IMG/VR virus record: IMGVR_UViG_3300048583_000179
Coordinates: 1 to 63,447 of that record
Reading direction: 5' to 3' (one strand)
Length of the DNA: 63,447 nt
Source of the DNA: a virus
Taxonomy: Duplodnaviria; Caudoviricetes
Position numbers and translations under genes: made by a program. Below, piece after piece: positions 25,321 to 34,639 of this stretch (positions are counted from its first letter, which is position 1; each line of letters starts with the position of its first letter). Under the pieces are notes generated by a model. That model did not search any database. It was not told where the DNA came from and worked only from the letters and a program-made list of their open reading frames with translations.

Positions 25321-25352
25321 GTTGGGCGAGGTAACACATCACCTCGCCCAAC
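25321..25352 (+). terminator. Hairpin after MCP
   Basis: GTTGGGCGAGGT-N8-ACCTCGCCCAAC. Confidence 0.55.
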
Positions 25353-25381
25353 GGGCCTCCACACTCTTTTCGGAGCTACCC

Positions 25382-25612
25382 ATGGCCAAAAAGGTCACCC
25401 TCACCGAAACGCACATTTTCGCAGGCATCGTCTACCTGCCCGGTGAGTATGTAGTGCCTGACGACTTTCGCATTGCGAAGGGTGCGGGCAAGGTGGTAAA
25501 CGACAAGGTTGACAACAAGCTCATTGCCGCGCCCTCTCAAGAGGTCTTTAAGCCGAAGCTGGACGAGACCGAAGAGGCTGAGGAAACCGAGGACGACGAA
25601 GAAGAGGAGTAG
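25382..25612 (+). CDS. Small head-associated protein with acidic tail
   Basis: Start re-called at MAKKVTL after GGAG. Confidence 0.65.
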   Translation: MAKKVTLTETHIFAGIVYLPGEYVVPDDFRIAKGAGKVVNDKVDNKLIAAPSQEVFKPKLDETEEAEETEDDEEEE

Positions 25613-25615
25613 CGC

Positions 25616-26023
25616 ATGGCTAGCGATTGGACCGCTGAGGACTTCCTAGCCCCAAAGGGGAACATTGTGCCCGCAATGTTCCCCTCAGATTCGTCTATCG
25701 TAATGGAAGAGCGGGTGGATGAGTACATCTCCGCCGCAGAAGTAGAAGCGTCTGCCCTGACCGGGGCTGACCTCAACCGTGCCGTGTATCACTACGTCTA
25801 CTGGAAGGCGTATAGTGCCGCCTTCGTTCGCATGTCGGCCACCCCGACCACGAACATTCTAGCTGACCAAGGCACGATCGGCTTTACGCAGGGTCAAATC
25901 AATTCCTTTAGGGACTTGGCCAAGGAACACGAGCAGCTCTTCAACAACGCAGTGGCAGAAGTCAATAGCTCTATCGCCGTTGCGCCCGTGACGCGGTCTA
26001 TCTCCAACACGTTCACGTACTGA
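25616..26023 (+). CDS. Head-tail adaptor protein
   Basis: Size and synteny. Confidence 0.65.
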   Translation: MASDWTAEDFLAPKGNIVPAMFPSDSSIVMEERVDEYISAAEVEASALTGADLNRAVYHYVYWKAYSAAFVRMSATPTTNILADQGTIGFTQGQINSFRDLAKEHEQLFNNAVAEVNSSIAVAPVTRSISNTFTY

Positions 26024-26427
26024 TGCTGCCCGTTCATTACCCCGACATCCTTGCCACCCTCAAGTCTCTGAACGCTTACAACTTGCCTCACGACTGCGCA
26101 ATTCAGTCACCCGTCCGTGTGGAAAACTCCGGCGGGAACTACACCGAGTCATGGACTACCCAGTCCACAAAGAAGTGTCGCCTTGCTCCAAGTGATGTTG
26201 GCGCGAGCCCAAATGAAGCGGGCCAAGGTGCCAAGGTTGTCAGTCAAGTGCGGTGGTTTGTCTTCTTTGAAGAGTCGGTGCCTGTTACCGTCAATCAACG
26301 CTTGGTGGTCACTGGGCTGGACGGCACGGGTACGTGGACAAAGACGCTTGACATCCTGGCCGTCATGGAACCCCGAACGAACCGGGCCATGACCAAAGTG
26401 CTCTGCCTGGAAACCGTCAGTGGCTAA
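26023..26427 (+). CDS. Head closure / stopper protein
   Basis: SGGNYTESW...CRL...LDILAV pattern and synteny. Confidence 0.7.
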   Translation: MLPVHYPDILATLKSLNAYNLPHDCAIQSPVRVENSGGNYTESWTTQSTKKCRLAPSDVGASPNEAGQGAKVVSQVRWFVFFEESVPVTVNQRLVVTGLDGTGTWTKTLDILAVMEPRTNRAMTKVLCLETVSG

Positions 26428-26860
26428 CGTTCGCAATGTCCGTGGCGTCAAGACGACGGTGGGCAACATTGACGCCATCGTTGCGAACTTTTACGCTACG
26501 GACAAGAAGGTGCAAGCAGCGGTTCGCCGCGTGGTCAAGCGCAATGGTAAGGATGTTCAGCGCTTGACGAAGAGCTTGGCCCCGGTAGACACGGGTAAGA
26601 TGAAGCGCAACGTTCGCCTTGAGTTTAGCGAAAGCGGGCTGCGCTTCGAAGTGGGCTGGTGGAACGAAGACTTTATTGAGGACGAGCACTTCTACCCATT
26701 CTACCAAGAGTTCGGTTCAGCGCGTAATGCTGCGCAGCCGAGCCTTGGCCCGGCCTACGACATGAACCGACCCATTTATCAGGCGGAGCTTCGGGCAGAG
26801 ATCAAGAAGGCTGTGGCGTCCGTGCGCAAGAAGGTTAACGACCCCAAGCGGAAACAATAA
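26420..26860 (+). CDS. HK97 gp10-like neck/tail completion protein
   Basis: APVDTGKMKRN...YQEFGS...AQPSLGPAY. Confidence 0.85.
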   Translation: MANVRNVRGVKTTVGNIDAIVANFYATDKKVQAAVRRVVKRNGKDVQRLTKSLAPVDTGKMKRNVRLEFSESGLRFEVGWWNEDFIEDEHFYPFYQEFGSARNAAQPSLGPAYDMNRPIYQAELRAEIKKAVASVRKKVNDPKRKQ

Positions 26861-26861
26861 C

Positions 26862-27290
26862 ATGGCACGGTCGGCTGTAAACGCGCTAGAGAGCGCCGTG
26901 GTCTCCGCTCTAAAGCTTAATGCCACCTTGGTCGGGCTAGTAGGTGCATCGGGTTTTTATAACGGGAGCGCGCCGACTACGGCTGCCTACCCCCACATCG
27001 TTTTGGGCGATGCGAGCGAAGTAGACCTCAAGTGGTTTCAAACCAAGATTGGAAAGCGGGTTGTGCTCACGGGGCACATCTGGACGCTGACTTACGGGGG
27101 CGTCGTTGGCAAGTCGCAAGCGATGTCTATCTACGAGCAGTTGGAAACGACCTTAAACGGTACGACTCTTGTGGTTACGAGCCAAACCATGTTGCGCGGA
27201 TCGTGTAATCTTGTTAGTGTAGTGCCTGACCCCAATGGTAAGCTGATGCACGGCGTGTTCCGGTACGAAGCAGAGGTTCTAAATGCTTGA
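26862..27290 (+). CDS. Tail terminator (DUF3168-like)
   Basis: AYPHIVLGD...HIWT...HGVFRY. Confidence 0.75.
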   Translation: MARSAVNALESAVVSALKLNATLVGLVGASGFYNGSAPTTAAYPHIVLGDASEVDLKWFQTKIGKRVVLTGHIWTLTYGGVVGKSQAMSIYEQLETTLNGTTLVVTSQTMLRGSCNLVSVVPDPNGKLMHGVFRYEAEVLNA

Positions 27291-27456
27291 GGTACTGGAA
27301 GCACAGCTTATCGCGTTGAAGCAGCAAGTTGACTCAGCCCTGCAAATCCTGCAATTGCTCAAGGAGCAAGCCCCGGCTGAGCCAGCACCGCCCGAAGAGG
27401 TTGCGGAGCAGCTACGTCAACGCATACGAACGTTTGGGGACACCGTAACCCCCTAA
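27283..27456 (+). CDS. Small hypothetical protein (57 aa, not in ORF track)
   Basis: MLEVLEAQLIALKQQVDSALQIL...; GAGG RBS; fills the gap between genes. Confidence 0.5.
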   Translation: MLEVLEAQLIALKQQVDSALQILQLLKEQAPAEPAPPEEVAEQLRQRIRTFGDTVTP

Positions 27457-27498
27457 GCCAAGGGCTTGGACTTCTAACAACAAGCAGCAGGAGCAGCC

Positions 27499-27912
27499 AT
27501 GCCCCCGATTCAAGGCGACGCATTTCGGATGAAGGCCAACACGACGGGCGTTACGTTCGTTGTTGTGGCTAGCTTCAACCAGTTCGGCAAGGACGTCGAT
27601 CGTCCGAGCACGGACTACCCGGTGTTCGATCAGGCGACCCCGTACAGCATCGCGGGTGCGCGTGGTCAGACGATCAGCTTCGGCGGTCTGTACGATCCGA
27701 CCGATGCCGGTCAGGAAGCCCTTCTCGACGCTGAGGCGGCGAACACCCCGATCAAGATTCAGGTGCTGTTCGACGGCACCAACGGGTTTGAGCAGACCAT
27801 CAGCATCACCAAGGTCGGCTTCAGCACCACCCCGGAAGGGTACCAGGAAATCACCTTCGAGGCCAAGGGCACCACGGATCCGGTCATCACCGGCACCGGC
27901 CCAATTCTCTAG
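27499..27912 (+). CDS. Major tail tube protein
   Basis: Biased codons; ISFGGLYDPTDAGQEALL motif; synteny. Confidence 0.8.
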   Translation: MPPIQGDAFRMKANTTGVTFVVVASFNQFGKDVDRPSTDYPVFDQATPYSIAGARGQTISFGGLYDPTDAGQEALLDAEAANTPIKIQVLFDGTNGFEQTISITKVGFSTTPEGYQEITFEAKGTTDPVITGTGPIL

Positions 27913-27975
27913 GGTGGGCATTGGCCGGGGCACTTCCGCCCCGGCCATCTCCCCATGTAGCTTGAGGCGAATACC

Positions 27976-28398
27976 ATGTCAGAAGTTGAGCTGAAGGTAG
28001 AAAACGGTGGGCTTCTGGACAAGGAGTCCATTCTCAAGAACACCCGGCTTCGCGTGGAGAAGGTGGATGTGCCGGAGTGGGGCGGCTCGGTGCTCGTCAA
28101 GGAAATGACGGCTTCAGAGCGCGACCGCTTTGAGGCCAGCCTCCTGAAGAACACTTGGGACGGCAAGGGCAAGGAAATGTCCACTGAGGATATTCGTGCC
28201 AAACTGTGCGCCCTCGTGATTGTCAACGCCAAGCACGAACCGATCTTCCGTGAGGCAGACATTCCGGCACTGGGCTCCATGAGCGCGGGTGCGCTTGACC
28301 GGGTGTATGCCGTGGCCATGCGCCTCAGCGGGCTGAGCAAGGGTGACGTGGAGGAGCTGGCAAAAAACTCTCAGAGCGACCGTGGCGACGGGCAATAA
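27976..28398 (+). CDS. Tail assembly chaperone (gpG-like)
   Basis: VDVPEWGGSVLVKEMTASERDRFE...LSGL...VEELAKN. Confidence 0.85.
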   Translation: MSEVELKVENGGLLDKESILKNTRLRVEKVDVPEWGGSVLVKEMTASERDRFEASLLKNTWDGKGKEMSTEDIRAKLCALVIVNAKHEPIFREADIPALGSMSAGALDRVYAVAMRLSGLSKGDVEELAKNSQSDRGDGQ

Positions 28399-28580
28399 TC
28401 CAGCTCGCGGTCGAAAAGTTCCATGTTCCACCAAGGGTCATGCTGGAGGAGTGGGACCTCACTACCACCGAAGTGCTAGAAATCTTGGCGGAGTACAACC
28501 TTCAGGCGAAAGAGCAGTACGAGCGTCAAAAGCGCACTGACGATCTAAACAAAGGCATCGGTCGCCGACGAAGGAAGTAA
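28362..28580 (+). CDS. -1 frameshift extension of the chaperone (gpGT), slippery site A AAA AAC
   Basis: The -1 frame reads KLSERPWRRAIIQLAVEKF...GRRRRK* and stops at 28580, immediately before the TMP ATG. Confidence 0.8.
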   Translation, partial: KKLSERPWRRAIIQLAVEKFHVPPRVMLEEWDLTTTEVLEILAEYNLQAKEQYERQKRTDDLNKGIGRRRRK

Positions 28581-31500
28581 ATGGCCACGATCGCACAGCT
28601 AATTGTTGAAGTCGGTGCAGACACGGCAAGCCTCCGCCAAGGGCTTGATAGAAGCGTCGGCTACCTGAAAGAGTTCGCTCGTAAGAGCGGCAGGGTGGCC
28701 GTCGCTTCAGAGATTTTTGGTGGCTTCAGCCGCAAAGACCCCTTCGGCCCTGAACGTAAAGGCGCGGCAGTTGCCCTAGAGGAGCTTCGTAAAGACTTCG
28801 CGAAAACGCAAACGCGCATTCGCGAGGACTTCGCTAGAAACCTGATCAACAAAGAGCAATTTCTAGCCAAGGGTAAGGAAGCGGCCCAGAAGTTTAATCA
28901 GGGCATCCTTACCGAACTGGACACGCTCAAGGGAAAGAGTGGCCCTGCCTTTGACCGCCTTCGGGCGGGGTGGGTAAGCCAGTTCAAGGACATCGGCGAT
29001 CGTGCCGGTGCTGCCATGAAGGCTAACCTGCTGAAGCAAGCCACGTCGCAGGTAGAGCTCGGCCAGAATCTGACGCGCAATGTGAGCTTGCCCATTGCTG
29101 CCGCACTCACTGGCGCTGGAATCGTGGCAAGCGACTTTGAGTTTAAAATGCTCAAGGTCGGTGCGACTCTTGACGCCACGCAAAAAGATTTTGAAAAGCT
29201 AGAGGACGCTGCCCGAGACCAGACCAACGTCATTGAGTTTGGTAACAATGCTGTTCAGTCCGCCGAAGCCCTACAGATCTTGGCACAGGCGGGCTATGAC
29301 GTTGAACAGGCCATCGGCATTCTTCCAACAGCCCTGAAGCTGGCCACCGTTGAACAGGTGGACCTCACTACCGCCACAAACATCGCCACGGGTGCCATCG
29401 CGGCGTTTAAGTTTGAGGCACAGGACGCGGGCTTCGTAGCCGACGTTCTGGCAAAGGCGAGCATTGACAGCAAGGCCACACTGACCGACCTTGGTACGTC
29501 CATGACGTATGTCGGCGGCGTTGCAAACAACCTCGGCCTTAACTTTATTGAAACAACGGCAGCCCTAGAAGCACTGGCTGAACAAAACTTCCGGGGTACC
29601 CTTGCAGGTACCGCGCTTCGCGGCATTCTAACGAAGCTTGCCTCGCCAACAAAGAAGCAAGCTTCGGTACTGAAAGAGCTAGGCATTCAAACCAAGGATG
29701 CCGAAGGCCGACTGCTCTCGTTCAGTAAGATCGTTAAGCAGTTTGAGGATGCAAGCGTCAAGTTCGGTAAATACCGCACCGCTGCGAAAGAGCTCGAGCT
29801 GTTCGCGCAGCGAGCAGGTCCAGGTTTCGCCGCCATCATTGCCGTCGGCAGCGAGAACCTTAAGAAGTGGGAAAACGATCTGGCGAGTAGCGCCGGAACC
29901 CTAGAAAGCATCAACAAGAAGCAGATTTCAGGGGCCACAGGCGCGTTCCTGAAGCTGAAGGCGTCCATCATTGAGCTTGCCATTTCCATTGGCGAGTCTG
30001 GGCTGCTGGACGCTATTCGTGCTGTGGCAAACGCCTTTTCTACCTTCGTAAAGTTTGTATCAAAGCTTCCGGAGCCGCTCAAGCAGATCCTACTTGCCCT
30101 GACCGTTATCGCAGCCGCCGCTGGACCTGTCATCACAGCATTTGGTCTACTCGGCCTTGCTTCATTGACGCTTGGGGCGGGCATGGTTGCACTGGGCATC
30201 AGCCTAGGAACCGTGGCTAGCTTCTTCTTGGGTGGGGCGGCGCTGTTCGCTGGAATTGTCGCGCTGATTGCCCTGTTCAAGGACCAAAAGAAGGAAACCG
30301 AAAGCCTTGACGAAGCTACCAAGCGTTACCAGAACACCCTGAAGGGGTTGGATGGGGAGCAGCTTCGGTACGAGGCCACGCTTCAGCAGACCTACCTCAA
30401 CAACGTAACTCGTGACCGTGAGCGGCTTACCGCTAGCCTAAAGAGCCTTGAAACTGAGCGAGATCGCCTCAAGGTAATTGAACGAGCCAACCGCACGCTT
30501 GCCATTGGCAGTGAGAAAGACCTCGTTGGCCAGAAGGCTGCTGCCGACCTTCGCAAGAACGCTGAGGCCATTAAGGCGACCAAGGCGGCGATTGATGCGG
30601 CGTCCAAGGCTCAGGACACGTTCCGTGCCCGAACCTTTGCGGCTACTACTCAATGGGCACAGTATAACAGAATTCGGGCTTTGTTCAACCCGAATCTGCC
30701 TGATGGAAATGAACCTGATCTTGCCCCGTCCAATAAGAAGCTGGACAGGCTGAAGCAAGAGCAGACAGCCCTAGAGGCAATTCTCGCGTTTACGAAGGAA
30801 GCAATTGAGAAGTTCAACACCCTGCAAAGCACCGGGGTGATCGATATCGGCCTACGGCTTCAGGGCCAAGTTGCCATTGAAGAGCAGCTTAAGACACTTA
30901 AGGGGCTGCTTGAGGGTCAGCTTACGCTTGCCCTTACTCTTGAGCTGACCGGAACCGGGCCAGGCAGTGCCTTGGGCACGGCGAATGAAATCCAACGGGT
31001 TATCGCCGAGGTTCAAAAGGCTCTTGACGAAGCCGCTAAGAAAAAGATCAACCTGAACTTTGACAAGAGCTTTGCCGTCATTGATGTGCCGACGGTTAAT
31101 CTTCAGGTTGAGCAAATTCGAAAGATTGGTGACGAGTACAAGGCGGTCTACGACAAGCTCAAGTTCGCCACGGCAGCGGGCGACAAGGTAGGCATTGAGC
31201 TTGCCAATGCTCAGCTAAAGGCGGTTGAGGAGCAGGTCAAAGCCCTCGTCGGCGTAATCAATGCGCGGCTGCTGCTAAATAAGACGCTTACCGAGGCTGA
31301 GAAGCTTGCGCTTCAGCGCGAAATCATTCAGGTGCTGGAGGACGCGGGCATCAAGACCGACGAGGTTAAGGAAAAGGCAGCGGGATGGCTTGGCGTGCTC
31401 GCCAGTGTGCGTGTTGCCCTGCGCGGCATTCGCAATGCCGGGCGCGGGCTGGAAGTCATCAGTGAAACGGTAGATAACGCGATCAGCTCAATTGAAACGA

Positions 31501-32903
31501 TGCTGCTTGCTGTGAAGCAGCTCAACAAGGCGTTTGACACCGCGAACAACGGGCTGGGTAAGATTGACTACGCTGCCGCTGCCAGTAGCCTTATCGGTGC
31601 GATTGGTGCGGCGGTAGGCTTCTTCTCCAGTATTCTAAACGGCGGCGAGTCTGAAACCGACAAGCTCATTCGCGAGAACAACGAGCGGCTTGCCGAACTG
31701 CGCGATGGTCTTGACAGGTTCCAAGTCAACCTCGGTAGCACCGCTGACGCTGTCAAGGCAATTGCTAACCTTGAGCAGAACGGCTTTGATACCGCCATCG
31801 GTAACAGGCTGTTCAAACTTGACGTAGAAAAGAACAGGGCATCGCTAGACGCAGTGCTTGCGCCCTTCGATCTAACGATTTCCAAGCTGAACAAGATTGC
31901 CGAAGAGTACGGCATTACCCTGATTAAGGATGGCAAGATTCAGGGTAAAGCGTTTGAGCAGCTTAAGGAAGCGGCGGAGCTCGCAGCCCTTGAGCTGTCC
32001 AAGTTCAGCAGTGATCTACAGGGCATTGTCACCCTGCAGGAAGTCCGTAACAAGCTTCAGGGCATTCCGGACACCGCTGAGCAGCAGGTAAAGGATCAGC
32101 TTGCTATTCTTGCGCAGGTTGCCCCTGACCTGTACGCTGCCCTGAACATTCCGGCGTTTGAAACCATTACGCCGGAAGCTGCCGCCGCCATCAAGGCGTC
32201 CCTGCTCAACCTTGTCAACCTAATTGACGCCGGGCTCATTGACTACTCGGACTTTGGCGACTTCGCCAGTGCCGATGAGTTCCTACAGTACGTCGGCAAG
32301 ATGGCCGACAGCCTCGGTACCCTGACTGATGCGACTGACGCAGCGGTGGCTAGCCTGTTGAACGTGCCGACCGGGTACAAGATTGAGCGGGCGCGCTTCG
32401 CTGCGCAAATTGCCAAGGATATCGAAACCATTGGCGACGGCATTATCGTGCGCCCGCCCGTGACTACGGTTGATGACACGGCGGGTGGCCGGGGTGTCTT
32501 TGACGGCTTGGACAAGCTGGAAGACATCTTTCGCAAGATCTACGAGCAGAATGTGGCGGGTGCCCCGGCTCAACAGGCGGCACTACTGGACACCATCGCC
32601 ACGAGCACCCCGACCGACCTGCTTGACCAACTGACGCGGGTGCAGTCGGCCTTCACACTGGGTCTGCAGGATAGTACGTCGGCCATTGTGTCGGCCCTGC
32701 AAGGGCTGATTAGCGGTGGAACCGATAGCAGCGGCTTGACCGGAGCTGGGGGTGGCGGTAACCTAGTTCTCAATGTTACCGTAAATGGCGACAGCGCCAA
32801 TGCCAAGCAGACAGGCACTCAAATCGCTGACGTCGTGCTCAGCACCCTGCGTAGAAAGAGCGTCACCCGCTTTGGTACCTCCAGCAAGTGGGGAACCCTG
32901 TAA
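28581..32903 (+). CDS. Tape measure protein (TP901-like core)
   Basis: 1440 aa, helical; AEALQILAQAG, AGTALRGILTKLASP; TM segments. Confidence 0.95.
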   Translation: MATIAQLIVEVGADTASLRQGLDRSVGYLKEFARKSGRVAVASEIFGGFSRKDPFGPERKGAAVALEELRKDFAKTQTRIREDFARNLINKEQFLAKGKEAAQKFNQGILTELDTLKGKSGPAFDRLRAGWVSQFKDIGDRAGAAMKANLLKQATSQVELGQNLTRNVSLPIAAALTGAGIVASDFEFKMLKVGATLDATQKDFEKLEDAARDQTNVIEFGNNAVQSAEALQILAQAGYDVEQAIGILPTALKLATVEQVDLTTATNIATGAIAAFKFEAQDAGFVADVLAKASIDSKATLTDLGTSMTYVGGVANNLGLNFIETTAALEALAEQNFRGTLAGTALRGILTKLASPTKKQASVLKELGIQTKDAEGRLLSFSKIVKQFEDASVKFGKYRTAAKELELFAQRAGPGFAAIIAVGSENLKKWENDLASSAGTLESINKKQISGATGAFLKLKASIIELAISIGESGLLDAIRAVANAFSTFVKFVSKLPEPLKQILLALTVIAAAAGPVITAFGLLGLASLTLGAGMVALGISLGTVASFFLGGAALFAGIVALIALFKDQKKETESLDEATKRYQNTLKGLDGEQLRYEATLQQTYLNNVTRDRERLTASLKSLETERDRLKVIERANRTLAIGSEKDLVGQKAAADLRKNAEAIKATKAAIDAASKAQDTFRARTFAATTQWAQYNRIRALFNPNLPDGNEPDLAPSNKKLDRLKQEQTALEAILAFTKEAIEKFNTLQSTGVIDIGLRLQGQVAIEEQLKTLKGLLEGQLTLALTLELTGTGPGSALGTANEIQRVIAEVQKALDEAAKKKINLNFDKSFAVIDVPTVNLQVEQIRKIGDEYKAVYDKLKFATAAGDKVGIELANAQLKAVEEQVKALVGVINARLLLNKTLTEAEKLALQREIIQVLEDAGIKTDEVKEKAAGWLGVLASVRVALRGIRNAGRGLEVISETVDNAISSIETMLLAVKQLNKAFDTANNGLGKIDYAAAASSLIGAIGAAVGFFSSILNGGESETDKLIRENNERLAELRDGLDRFQVNLGSTADAVKAIANLEQNGFDTAIGNRLFKLDVEKNRASLDAVLAPFDLTISKLNKIAEEYGITLIKDGKIQGKAFEQLKEAAELAALELSKFSSDLQGIVTLQEVRNKLQGIPDTAEQQVKDQLAILAQVAPDLYAALNIPAFETITPEAAAAIKASLLNLVNLIDAGLIDYSDFGDFASADEFLQYVGKMADSLGTLTDATDAAVASLLNVPTGYKIERARFAAQIAKDIETIGDGIIVRPPVTTVDDTAGGRGVFDGLDKLEDIFRKIYEQNVAGAPAQQAALLDTIATSTPTDLLDQLTRVQSAFTLGLQDSTSAIVSALQGLISGGTDSSGLTGAGGGGNLVLNVTVNGDSANAKQTGTQIADVVLSTLRRKSVTRFGTSSKWGTL

Positions 32904-33248
32904 ATGGCTTTTCTCGTCGTAGGTGCCGTAACGGTTCCTGTTCAGCAAGAGGGCGCTACTCAGCGCCCCGATGCGGTGGTAGGTTCGGTACGACGCACCT
33001 TTGGCAACCGCCTCGTGTCAAGTCTGCGAACCCCCAAGCGCGAGTGGGAGTTTGACACGAGGCCGCTGACAGCCGCTGAAGAAACTACGCTCAAGGCAGC
33101 CATCGGCCTCGGTACAACGGTAACCGTTACGGGCGACGGTGTGGGCGGAGGCAGCGTCAGCGCCAAGGTCTTCATTGATGCCGTTGAATACGTGCCTAAG
33201 GGCACCGGGTTTGAGCGGGTGCTGACGCTTGTCGTGCAGGAAGTCTAA
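32904..33248 (+). CDS. Distal tail protein
   Basis: Position after TMP; beta-rich. Confidence 0.6.
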   Translation: MAFLVVGAVTVPVQQEGATQRPDAVVGSVRRTFGNRLVSSLRTPKREWEFDTRPLTAAEETTLKAAIGLGTTVTVTGDGVGGGSVSAKVFIDAVEYVPKGTGFERVLTLVVQEV

Positions 33249-34639
33249 TGCCGATGTACCACGGGTTCACCGACAACGATAAAGCCCTCATTCTAACAGG
33301 GAACTTTGACACTCACCTGTGGCTTAGAATCCACAGGTTCAACGGGGCAACGTGGTCGTTCATTGACGTTGAAAGCTCGGCCATCGGGTACGACCCTACG
33401 ATTTCTGCGCAACTCAGTTACGACATTGACTCTCCAGCCGGTTCGGCAACGATCATTCTCCAGTTGTTTGAGAACGGGGAGTCAATCAGCCCGCTGAACT
33501 TTGATTCACCTGTAAACACCGGGTCCGATGAGCTCTTTCGCCCCGGCAAGCGAATTGAGCTTTACGCCTGTGTGGTACCAAAGGGCAATGCGATTCCAGC
33601 AAAGACGCTCAGCCCCGTAGGCTACCCCACGATTCCGGACTATACGTGGCACCGCATGTTCGGCGGGCGCATTGACAATGTGTCAATGAGCGGTGACGAC
33701 CTTACCTTGTCGTGCCGAAGCTACGAATGGTTGCTGCTGGACAGGTTCATTGAGGACGTCACCAAGTACGGGGGTGGCGACCCTGTTGAAACGGTGATGC
33801 AAAACATCGTTACCCAGTGGCTCACTGCTGACCCGATGCCCGGTGGCACCCCCGCATTCTACAGCACTGTCGTCACCCCGACAAGCCCGCTGTGGAACAT
33901 CAACGACTACGCGCAGCAAGCACAGCCGATTATGGAAGCCTTGCGCGTACTCGCGCAGCAGATCGGTTGGGATATTCGCTACTTTGAAACGGACGGCTTG
34001 GCAGACCCAGAGCTTACGTTCTACGACCCTGACCGGGTGTCCTACACTCCCGGAGCGCTCTACGGGTACGACATTGCCATGGACTTCTACTACGAGTTCG
34101 CACCCATTGAAATCAATGGTGACGACATTCGTAACGTAATTGAAGGCCGTCTCGCTTCTGACAAGACAATCTACACGGTGAGCGATGCGGCAAGCATCGC
34201 CAAGTACGGTCGGCGGTTCATGCGGATTGTTGAAGACGCCAACAGCAACATCGACACCGCCGGTGAAATGAACGACATGTTGGACATTATCTTGTCCGAC
34301 CTTCGTGAGCCCAGAGCTACGGCTACGGTTCGCTGCCCGTTTTACCCGGTTCGGCTCAACAGCATTCTACGTGTGAATGGCGACGGGCTGGGGTACGCCG
34401 AGCTCTCTATTCAGGGCTTTGAATTCAGCATCACAGGCTATCAGCACAACTTTTCAAACGGTGAGTGCGAAACCACGATCCAGCTGCGTGCGGACGCCCC
34501 GGTGTCCGGTAGTCGCTGGTGGACGCAGCAAGAAGGCGAAGCAACCCAGTTCGTTGAAACAGTCGCGCCAACCATCGGTATCACGGCCCCGGAAGGTACC
34601 CTCTGGATCCAGTGCTCTGACTTGAGCTTCCCGCCATGA
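33248..34639 (+). CDS. Baseplate hub / tail tip protein
   Basis: MFGGRIDNV...DAASIAKYGRRFM hub motif. Confidence 0.7.
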   Translation: MPMYHGFTDNDKALILTGNFDTHLWLRIHRFNGATWSFIDVESSAIGYDPTISAQLSYDIDSPAGSATIILQLFENGESISPLNFDSPVNTGSDELFRPGKRIELYACVVPKGNAIPAKTLSPVGYPTIPDYTWHRMFGGRIDNVSMSGDDLTLSCRSYEWLLLDRFIEDVTKYGGGDPVETVMQNIVTQWLTADPMPGGTPAFYSTVVTPTSPLWNINDYAQQAQPIMEALRVLAQQIGWDIRYFETDGLADPELTFYDPDRVSYTPGALYGYDIAMDFYYEFAPIEINGDDIRNVIEGRLASDKTIYTVSDAASIAKYGRRFMRIVEDANSNIDTAGEMNDMLDIILSDLREPRATATVRCPFYPVRLNSILRVNGDGLGYAELSIQGFEFSITGYQHNFSNGECETTIQLRADAPVSGSRWWTQQEGEATQFVETVAPTIGITAPEGTLWIQCSDLSFPP

